A stretch of 64,000 bases of DNA, taken from a virus. Its lineage: Duplodnaviria; Caudoviricetes. The DNA lies in the IMG/VR virus record IMGVR_UViG_3300014208_000026, positions 32,001-96,000 of that record, one strand, 5' to 3'. The position numbers and the translations under genes were made by a program. Positions 1-8,100 of the stretch are shown in pieces. The notes below the pieces were generated by a model. The model was not told the origin of the DNA. It did no database searches and worked only from the letters and a program-made list of their open reading frames with translations. Each line of letters begins with the position of its first letter. Position 1 is the first letter of the stretch.

Positions 1-68
1 TTGACACTCTCTCGGATAACGAGATATCTAAGGGGCGTGTTCGCTACGAGGTAGCTGAGCGGACAGGG

Positions 69-275
69 GTGACCTATGCTTACGTTCGACAGCTAGAGGA
101 CAAGATGCTCTCCGTAGTCCCCAAGATCATCGCCAACGATCCTCACCTCCAGAAGCTCATCAACAGAGTGCTCGACCGTTCTGAGATCGAAGCCATGACC
201 TCCGGCTACAAGACAGCCAAGAAAAGATCCTTGGCTTTCCAGCGGATCACTGCCTCCGATCCAGTTCCCTTCTAA
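69..275 (+). CDS. small hypothetical protein
   Basis: 68 aa ORF with GTG start and purine-rich upstream sequence; TTGACA at 1-6 may be its -35 box. Confidence 0.5.
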   Translation: MTYAYVRQLEDKMLSVVPKIIANDPHLQKLINRVLDRSEIEAMTSGYKTAKKRSLAFQRITASDPVPF

Positions 276-282
276 TTTCTTC

Positions 283-311
283 TTGACAGCATCCCAGGTT
301 CCCGCTATAAA
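283..311 (+). promoter_or_regulatory. sigma70-type promoter
   Basis: TTGACA (283-288), 17 nt spacer, TATAAA (306-311). Confidence 0.85.
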
Positions 312-316
312 GGGGC

Positions 317-830
317 TTGTGTCTATTTGTTCTTTGAGCGTGGTCCTCCTGAGCTGTTCTCCCCGAGGCTTACACGGGAGACTTGAGGAGGTCCAAGAGA
401 TTGGGACAGAAGCCGTTGCGACTCTCCTTTAACGAGGGGGAGGTTCGGACTGGGAACCTTGATGTAGGACCCAGTATGCTGAGGGATCGCTGTCCACGCT
501 CAAACAGTACCCATGATGGGGTACGGGTTCTTTGACATAAAAGGATTCCCCCGTAGCAAATCTCCCTAACCCAAAAGGTGGGAGGTGGCTCGGAGCCGAC
601 TAAGACGGATCCCCTGAGCAGAGATCCTCCGGCAGCCGAGTAAGTCCCGAGTGGTGAGACCTAAGAAAGCGTCCCTTACGTAAGTAGAGGACAGGTTGAA
701 GACCCACTAACCCCTGAGAACAGATCCTCTAGAACATAGGTTCAGGATCTCTCAGGATCCTAAGGCCCTAGGATCTTAGGTTCTTGAACCCTCAGATCGG
801 GATCTCAAAATTCAGAAGTGATCTAAGAGT
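317..830 (+). ncRNA. candidate large structured non-coding RNA (ends approximate)
   Basis: Follows a consensus promoter and has no + strand ORF of 60 aa or more. Perfect 11 bp long-range helix 333-343/494-504, many nested hairpins, possible pseudoknot 449-454/470-475, boxA-like TGTTCTTTGA at 328-337. Confidence 0.6.
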
Positions 831-910
831 CCGTGTTCGAGTCCTGATGCTGGTTCTAAGGATGCTGGTGCTGATGGTCTGAGTCCTGGTCTGAGTCCTG
901 GTGATGATGG
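723..910. repeat. GATC-dense and low-complexity repeat tract (resumes at 2515-2630)
   Basis: GATC at 723, 746, 756, 772, 795, 801, 820; degenerate GATGCTGG and CTGAGTCCTGGT repeats. Confidence 0.7.
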
Positions 911-1018
911 TCCTAAGGGTTCTCAACAGTCCCCATAGGTAGCCTATAATGTGCCCTGATTGGTAACATTTAACCCGGGTGAAAGAGTCAGCGTTCATTT
1001 CGGGTCTCCGAAGTGGAT

Positions 1019-1047
1019 TTGACTCCCTCCAATATTTCCCCTATACT
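1019..1047 (+). promoter_or_regulatory. sigma70-type promoter of tnpB
   Basis: TTGACT, 17 nt, TATACT. Confidence 0.75.
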
Positions 1048-1071
1048 TCCCCTTAGTGGAGGCTCGATTTC

Positions 1072-2496
1072 ATGAAGTCCAAGAAGTCGCGATTCTTTTT
1101 TCTCCACCCAGACACCAACCCCATTAAGCGCTCAAAGGTCGAGGATCTCTACGCCGAGTTTCTATCCTATCGTACCCTCTGTGTCAAGACCCTTCTGGGG
1201 AATCGAAAGCTCAGCCTCTCCCGTAAGGAGATGAAAGCCTTTTTCCCGGGATCTGACGTCCTCACTTCCCAAATCCAAAAGAACGCTCAGGATGAAGCAG
1301 TGGTTACCGTCAGGTCTTGGGCTGCTGCAACTTACTCTCGTAAGATCAAAAAACAGATAACTTTGTTAAAGAAAGAGGGAGCAATAACAGAGGATGAGGC
1401 TCGACAACTTTACGCCGTGGGTAAGTACTCCGTAAGTAAACCCTCAGCTACTATCTCTCAAGAAGCAATCGACTTTTACTGGGATCTGTTGGATACCTTT
1501 GGCGGTAAGAAACCCGAGGTCCGTTATGGATCCCCCATGTACCTCACGGAGATGACCTCTAAACTAACGGATCCAGAAGAGACGATTATAGCTGACTATT
1601 GGTTGAAAATTTCTACTCTTGAACCAAGAAAAACAGTTTGGTTACCGTTAGTCGGGAATCCTTACGTAGCTCATGCCGATGAAGTCTCCAAGACGATTCA
1701 GTGTCAACCGACAACGAACGGTCGTTGGCGGTTCATGGTCGTAGAGAAAAAGGAATACGAGATCCCTGAGGTTGATCTGGATGCTCCTAGGTTGGGTTTA
1801 GACGTAGGATTAAACGTCCTGGCAGCTACCTCTTCGGGAGACTTGTACGGGGAGGACGTTAAGCCCAAATTCGACAAGAAATGGGAACAAATCAAGAAAC
1901 TTAGGGCTAACCGCCAGAGGCAAGGGCTCAAAGAAGATTCTCTCAGGTTGAAAACCCTGGAGTCGAAGCTGTCGGGGTTAGTTAAAACAGAGACCGGACG
2001 AATAGTTAACCTGCTTGTAGCTAAGCATCCTGGAACGGTCTTTGTCCTTGAGGACCTCGACCTTTCCGGATGCGCAGGCCAGAAACGGTTTGCTTACAGA
2101 GCACTCCAGCACAGCCTTGAGACCAAGGCTCCCTGTATAAAGATCAATCCTGCGTATACTTCGCAGGAATGTCCCTCCTGCGGCTATATCTCGCGTAAGA
2201 ATCGCACGGGGACGAAGTTCCATTGTCGCTTTTGCGGACGTGTCGCGCATGCTGACTGGGTCGGCTCAACTGGTATCCTGAGACGTTCTCAAGATGTCGA
2301 GATCAGTTTAGCCATGGATCCAGAAAGCGTGAAAGAGGTGCTGATCGGTAGATTCCTTCTTGCACAAAGAGGGATTCACCTATCGGGATTTCTTCGGAAC
2401 GAAAAGGAGCCCCCACCGTTGGGCCCCGGGCTTACTACCGAGGGATCTGGGTTAAGCCTAGACGTCGGCACAGCTCTAGAGTCAAGACCTATTTAA
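1072..2496 (+). CDS. tnpB: TnpB / Cas12f-like RNA-guided nuclease
   Basis: RuvC-I LGLDVG, RuvC-II VLEDL, zinc ribbon TSQECPSCG...CRFCG, RuvC-III HAD. Confidence 0.9.
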   Translation: MKSKKSRFFFLHPDTNPIKRSKVEDLYAEFLSYRTLCVKTLLGNRKLSLSRKEMKAFFPGSDVLTSQIQKNAQDEAVVTVRSWAAATYSRKIKKQITLLKKEGAITEDEARQLYAVGKYSVSKPSATISQEAIDFYWDLLDTFGGKKPEVRYGSPMYLTEMTSKLTDPEETIIADYWLKISTLEPRKTVWLPLVGNPYVAHADEVSKTIQCQPTTNGRWRFMVVEKKEYEIPEVDLDAPRLGLDVGLNVLAATSSGDLYGEDVKPKFDKKWEQIKKLRANRQRQGLKEDSLRLKTLESKLSGLVKTETGRIVNLLVAKHPGTVFVLEDLDLSGCAGQKRFAYRALQHSLETKAPCIKINPAYTSQECPSCGYISRKNRTGTKFHCRFCGRVAHADWVGSTGILRRSQDVEISLAMDPESVKEVLIGRFLLAQRGIHLSGFLRNEKEPPPLGPGLTTEGSGLSLDVGTALESRPI

Positions 2497-2729
2497 GTAG
2501 GTCTTGATGAACGGTGCTGATGTTGAGAGTGCTGGTTCAAGTTCAAGTCCTGATGCTAGTGCTGGTCCTGTAGGTAGTAAAGAAGCTGTACTGGTTCCTT
2601 CGGATGGTGAGTGCTGGATCCTGGTTCTTTGAAATCCTGGTGAACGGATCCTCTCAAAGAGACAGATCCGTTCCTGAGCCTATAGAACTCCCTCTGGTAG
2701 AGGGACGAACAGAAAAGAAGCTCAGGAAC

Positions 2730-3068
2730 ATGAACCTCTCAGAGAATCTAGCTCTCGCCTGTTTGTACGTGATGGGGGGTAGAGCCCAACCGTTCTTCCC
2801 AGGGACAGATCGCTGTGCCCCCTCCTTCATCGTAAGGGTGTTACTAACCCTTCCCGCTCCCTATAGGGAATCGGATCGGTGTAGGTTCCCCATGGATATC
2901 AAATGGGATCTATGGGAACTGATGGTGCCTCTGATAGAATCTGAAACATACAGTCCTAAGCTTCCTGTGAACCAACACCTGTTAAGAGCCACGGATTTCG
3001 ATCAGCTAGTCCTCTTGATGACGGGTAGAGTCGAGGAGGCTCTAAGAGAAGCTGGAAGGATCCCATAA
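2730..3068 (+). CDS. hypothetical protein (ORF track start 2604; ATG 2730 preferred)
   Basis: Open frame abutting the next gene. Confidence 0.5.
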   Translation: MNLSENLALACLYVMGGRAQPFFPGTDRCAPSFIVRVLLTLPAPYRESDRCRFPMDIKWDLWELMVPLIESETYSPKLPVNQHLLRATDFDQLVLLMTGRVEEALREAGRIP

Positions 3069-3073
3069 AGAAA

Positions 3074-3280
3074 ATGGCTGAACAAAGAAAGCTTACCATT
3101 GCCAAGGACAAAACTCCCGTTTGGATCCACTGTCGAGCTAGGAAGACCTGCCCAGGGAACATGGCGGAACCGGTGTTCGACCAAGAGTCCCCGGGAGGGG
3201 GTGGGATCGTGAAGCGATACCGCTGTCTCACCTGTAAAGGGACTTTCCACATTACTGTAGGGTCCCAGTTCAAGGGCTGA
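3074..3280 (+). CDS. small zinc-ribbon protein
   Basis: HC...C and CxxC motifs in 68 aa. Confidence 0.65.
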   Translation: MAEQRKLTIAKDKTPVWIHCRARKTCPGNMAEPVFDQESPGGGGIVKRYRCLTCKGTFHITVGSQFKG

Positions 3281-3288
3281 TCTCGCTG

Positions 3289-3301
3289 GATCGGGTATAT
3301 A
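3289..3301 (+). promoter_or_regulatory. conserved 13-mer putative phage promoter (copies at 9978, 13730, 15156, 22669)
   Basis: GATCGGGTATATA-like motif at five gene junctions upstream of replication genes. Confidence 0.6.
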
Positions 3302-3338
3302 AGAGGACTAGGAATCCTGTCGGGAGCCCTGTCCTCAA

Positions 3339-3995
3339 ATGCCACGACTCAGTTCTCTCCTCTACTATGGTCCAGGTGCCAGGGACAAGGCCATCGAAGA
3401 AGCCCTGTCGAGAGGCAGGCTCCTGTGCCCCCCGATCGGGGATCAAGGACTAAAGGTGGATGATGCGAGAGCCGTCGCAGAACTCCTGCAAGGCTCCGCT
3501 GTAGGGGATGCTCTCGGGGCTGTAGTGATCGGCCCTATGGACTGGGCCTCCAAAGAAGCACCTGACGTATTGCTGAAGTCTATAGAAGACACCTCAGAGT
3601 GGGTCTACCCCGTCCTGTGGGCTTTCGACATCGGAGAGGTAAGGGATACCATTATCTCCCGCTGTCTGGCCCACTGGGCCCCCGCAGAAGACGGTAAATG
3701 GGATCTGAACCAAAGGTCGGAACGGGTTGCTAACACCCTGTTGGAGTCCATCAAGGATAACGACACCATGACCGTCCTGACGATCGTCCGGGATCTCATG
3801 AAGAAAGACGCCAAGGATAAAGAACGGGAAGAGGACCACGATATCGGGGTCGAGCTGCTGGTCTCCCTGGTTCAAAGGTTGGACCCCGAGCGTACTGAGG
3901 ACTTGGAACTCTGGTTGCGGATTCGGAGGGCTATGAGGGTGTCTCACCCCTCCCCTGCCGAGATCCTAGATGCTCTCCTACCTGCGGTTAAATAG
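3339..3995 (+). CDS. holB: DNA polymerase III delta-prime-like clamp loader subunit
   Basis: KVDDARAV...EAPDVLLKSIED resembles the A.NALLKxLEE motif; adjacent to holA. Confidence 0.7.
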   Translation: MPRLSSLLYYGPGARDKAIEEALSRGRLLCPPIGDQGLKVDDARAVAELLQGSAVGDALGAVVIGPMDWASKEAPDVLLKSIEDTSEWVYPVLWAFDIGEVRDTIISRCLAHWAPAEDGKWDLNQRSERVANTLLESIKDNDTMTVLTIVRDLMKKDAKDKEREEDHDIGVELLVSLVQRLDPERTEDLELWLRIRRAMRVSHPSPAEILDALLPAVK

Positions 3996-4007
3996 TGAGG
4001 TCACTCC

Positions 4008-5003
4008 ATGGCTAAGTCCCTCCAGATTTTCTACGGGTCGAACACCTACCTGCGGGATCGGAACTGCCGAGAGGCTTTGTTCAAGGCCAGGAAGGCAGGC
4101 TATGAGGTGAACGAGGTAGCTGGGGATGATGTGATCGGGTTGGCGGCTCAACTCTCGGGCATTTCCGATCTCTTCGGGACGGGAAAGCCAAAGAAGAAGC
4201 TGGTCTATATTAACGACGAGGATAGCAAGCTGCTTTTAGCTCCTGTGAAGCGGTACCTGGAGGATGACACCACGACCGGTTTCATGCTCATTAAAGGCCC
4301 TGCGAAGCCGAAGGCCAAGTCGGGTTTGGCTCAGTTGATCCTGGAGCACCCCAAGCAGGCTCGGGAGTTTGTTGCCCCTCCTCCCTATAAGGCGGAGGAT
4401 GAAGCCATTCAGTTCAGCATCCATGAAGCCGGACTCCATTCCAAGAACATGACCCAGAAGACGGCGGCGGCTTTGGTCAAGGTGATCGGCACCGACCTGG
4501 TGATGCTCGCCTTTGAGATCATGAAGGCCAGCCTGTACCTGGATTCCCTCGGGGACAAGAACGAGATCACGGTCGAGTCCCTCCGGAAGACCTGGGCCCC
4601 GTTCGCTGAGGTAGAGGTGTTCCCGCTGGCGAATGCCCTCATCGACAAGGGAGCTAAGGAAGTTGCTCTCCTCCTGCGACGCATCGAAGACACTCACTCG
4701 GAGGATGCAAGCGGTCGGACCATCAAGGTGTGTAGACAGGTTGGGTCGAACATCATGACCTGGATGTCCATCCTCCACCTGCATGAACTGGGGGTTCGTC
4801 CGAAGGACGCCGCCGAGCGGATGGGGATGAACGCCTACCGCTATGAAAAAATTCTCCTGCCTGAAGCCAAGAAGGCCGGGAAAGTTTTTCTTCGAAAAGT
4901 CCTCGGGGTGCTTGCAGAATCCGAGAAAGGGGTCCGGAGAGGCGAGTTGAACCCCTGGATCGGACTGCAAACGCGCATCCTTCGGATGTTACTGAGAGAT
5001 TGA
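4008..5003 (+). CDS. holA: DNA polymerase III delta subunit
   Basis: 331 aa; IFYG start, IGTDLVMLAFEIMK and VFPLANAL match delta subunit architecture. Confidence 0.75.
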   Translation: MAKSLQIFYGSNTYLRDRNCREALFKARKAGYEVNEVAGDDVIGLAAQLSGISDLFGTGKPKKKLVYINDEDSKLLLAPVKRYLEDDTTTGFMLIKGPAKPKAKSGLAQLILEHPKQAREFVAPPPYKAEDEAIQFSIHEAGLHSKNMTQKTAAALVKVIGTDLVMLAFEIMKASLYLDSLGDKNEITVESLRKTWAPFAEVEVFPLANALIDKGAKEVALLLRRIEDTHSEDASGRTIKVCRQVGSNIMTWMSILHLHELGVRPKDAAERMGMNAYRYEKILLPEAKKAGKVFLRKVLGVLAESEKGVRRGELNPWIGLQTRILRMLLRD

Positions 5004-5140
5004 GATTCTGGAGGTAAAAAGCCTTGTTTTGCCAGGGCTCGTAGAGGCCGGGGCGGTACAGTAATAAGGCTATCGCGCTCGCTTAGAGGGTCGGATGTTT
5101 GTGGCCGACCCTCCCTGTCATAACCGCTTCGGAGCAAAGC

Positions 5141-8100
5141 ATGTTTGTCGGCGCCCAGCAGGATCGAAAAGTTCGCATCTTCTCCCTCAAGCCCGAGTTT
5201 GTTGCTCAGTACAAGGACAAGCAGCCGCCTTGGGGTCCTTTGGGATATTTCGTGTATAAGAGGACCTACAGTAGGCCTTTGTTTGCTAATAATCCTGATG
5301 GACCAACAGAAGAGTGGTATCAGACCTGTCAGAGAGTTGTAGAGGGTGTTTACAACATTCAGAAGCATCACTGTAGGGGCATGGGTCTGGAGTGGAAAGA
5401 AGAGAAGGCTCAGATTTCAGCCAAAGAGATGTATGACCGTATGTTCAACTTCAAGTTCCTTCCCCCTGGACGCGGTTTGTGGTCCATGGGTACGGATGCA
5501 GTAATGATCAAGGGCGGGGCAATTTTGAACAATTGTTTCGCAGGAGAGACAGAGATCCTCACTGCCGATGGGGTGAAGAAGATCAGAGACGTCGCTGGAA
5601 CCATACAGACTCTTCTGGTCCATGACGGGACGTGGGCCGAAGCCCCTGTCCGGTCGTTCGGTATTCAGAAGCTGGTCAAACTTACCGTGGAGAGAGGGGG
5701 GGCCTATAAGACTGTTTTCTGTACTGCGAATCATCGGTGGTTAGTGAGTGTTGATCCCACCTACCCAATCTGCAACATTAGTCATTATGGGTCGCCTGTG
5801 GTACTGAATGGTATTGAGGCACGAGAGGTTGAGACCACGCTGCTTGCCGAAGGGGTTCCTCTTTACAGCGTACTCCCCGGAGTTGGGGTAGGGCCTGACG
5901 TTGAACCTTGGTTCGTAGTCAGTGTAAAGGAAACGGGTCGCGAAGAAGAAGTGTTCTGCGCTACCGTCCCTCAGTACGGAAACTTCACTCTGGCAGATGG
6001 TTTACTCACGGGAAATTGCGGGTTCACGTCGACCGAAAACATCAAAGAAGACTTTGCCGATCCTTTCACGTTTCTGATGGATATGTCGATGCTGGGCGTC
6101 GGAGTCGGCGGGGATATGCTCGGGGCAGGGAAGGTGAAGATCCTTACCCCCAGGATCAAGGACGAGACTTTCGTAGTGGAGGACAGTCGCGAAGGCTGGG
6201 TCGAGCTGGTCGGGACGGTGTTGAACAGCTTTGTCCACAAGGGCTACATGCCTGCCAACATCGACTACACGAAGGTTCGTCCTCGTGGGGCGCCGCTCAA
6301 GGGCTTCGGTGGAACCGCTTCGGGTCCGGGGCCTTTGATGGATCTCATTGACAGTATTAAGAAGGTTCTCACGCCTCCGGAAGGTGTGGAGTCCTATTGG
6401 ATCACCTCACGACACATTTCAGATATCATCAACATGATTGGGCGGTGTGTTGTAGCTGGCGGGATCCGCAGAAGTTCCACTATTTTGTTCGGGGATCCTG
6501 CCGACGAAGAGTTCCAGAATCTCAAGGACCCGACTGAGCGCGATGCTCTTCGACGGGAATTGACCCTTCTGCGTGAGACGGAAGCAAGCAAAGTCCCCTC
6601 CGTGCGAAGTCTGCGGGACTCTATCGAGACGCTGGCGGCACAAGAGCGGAACGCTTGGTTCCTGCCGCTTCAGGAAGAAGTCCAGAAGTGCATGGAGGGA
6701 GGGAACCATACAAAGGCAACCGAACTCCTGAAGAAGAAGCAGCCGGAAGAGACTGTTCGGCTGCGGGAGTTGCGGGCGGAACTGAAGCGTCTCGTGAAGG
6801 AAGAATCGGATAAATCAACTTCCGTTCAGGAACTTGAGGGGAGGTTGTACTCTCTCCCCCTGGAGGCGTGGCGTTGGTCGAGTAACAACAGCCTCGTGGC
6901 TACTGTGGGAATGGACTACACGAAGGCGGCAGAGTCCATCGCTAAGAACGGAGAGCCTGGACTGTTCTGGTTGGACAACGCTCGGGCTTTCTCTCGCATG
7001 GGTCGAAAGCCCGACTGGAAGGACAAGCGGGCCAAGGGTTGCAATCCCTGTTTTGCTGGGGACACCTTGATTGCTGTCGCGGATGGTCGAGGGGCTGTTC
7101 CTATCAAGGATTTGGCAGAGACTGGAAACGACGTTCCGGTCTATGCTATGAATCCTGAGACTGGAGAGGTGGCTGTTCAGCGTGCGTGGCGTCCCAGGAA
7201 GACTCGTTCGGGTGCAGAACTTCTGGAGATCCAGTTCGAGGGAGGCGGATCTCTGCGGGTTACCCCCGATCACGGGATGCTCACTATGGACGGGAGGAAG
7301 ATTCCGGCCAGTGAGATCCGGCAGGGGTTCATGGTTCCGTATTCCCAGGAAGACCTTCGTGTAGAGCACCCTTTTGAGACTTTCGAGTGCGACAGTGTTG
7401 TCAAGCCCTGTGAAGTGTGCGGGAGAGCCCTGGAGGTTCCTTTTGGCCGTCGTGAGGAGTCTTGTTGTTCCCCTGAGTGTTTCGACAAGCTGGCCGCTCG
7501 GGAACAGCAGGGGAAGGTGTGGGGTGAGGGGGTAGAGGCACGCAGGGTGTCCGCTGTAGTGAAAGTCCGAGAGTTGGAGGATGTGTACAATCTGACTGTC
7601 AAAGACTTTCATACTGTGGGCATTGCTCTAGACAACAATGTTAGTTGTTGTTCTATTGTTTTTACGGAAAATTGCAGCGAGCAAACGCTGAACTCGATGG
7701 AATTATGTACCCTTGTTGAGACTTTCCCTGCTAACCATGATTCTTTTGATGACTTTGCCAAGACATTGAAGTTCGCATATCTCTATGCAAAGACCGTAAC
7801 TCTTGTCATGACACACAATCAAAAGACGAACAATGTTATGGCTCACAACCGTCGTATTGGTTGTTCGATGTCTGGCATTGTGCAGGCCGTGCATAAGCAT
7901 GGGCGTTCGGAGTTTAGAAATTGGTGTAAGGAAGGCTATAAGGAACTGTTGAGGTGGGACGAAACATATAGTGAATGGCTTGGAATACCTAAAAGCATAA
8001 AGATAACGTCTGTCAAACCCTCGGGCACAGTTTCGCTGCTCTGCAATGCTACTCCTGGTATCCATTTCCCCCACAGTCAGTTCTACATTCGTAATATCCG

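Larger units (their letters stand above)
911..2514 (+). mobile_element. solo TnpB insertion element (IS607/IS1341-like, GG core), no transposase
   Basis: Right end has a 10 bp hairpin (2482-2507) followed by TGAACGG. Deleting 911-2514 restores the flanking repeat pattern. Confidence 0.65.

Noticed and set aside
311-730. tmRNA, RNase P or SRP identity for the structured RNA
   Set aside because: No tRNA-like ends or CCA, no GAGGAAAGUCC, no SRP helix 8 motif seen
792-998. Thr/Arg-rich minus-strand ORF
   Set aside because: Product of the low-complexity repeat; it crosses the inferred element junction at 910/911, and the reconstructed pre-insertion frame checked has no start codon
317-2514. One IStron spanning the structured RNA and tnpB 1
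   Set aside because: Repeat reconstruction puts the left junction at 910/911, downstream of the RNA, so the RNA seems to belong to the phage locus; not fully excluded without RT-PCR
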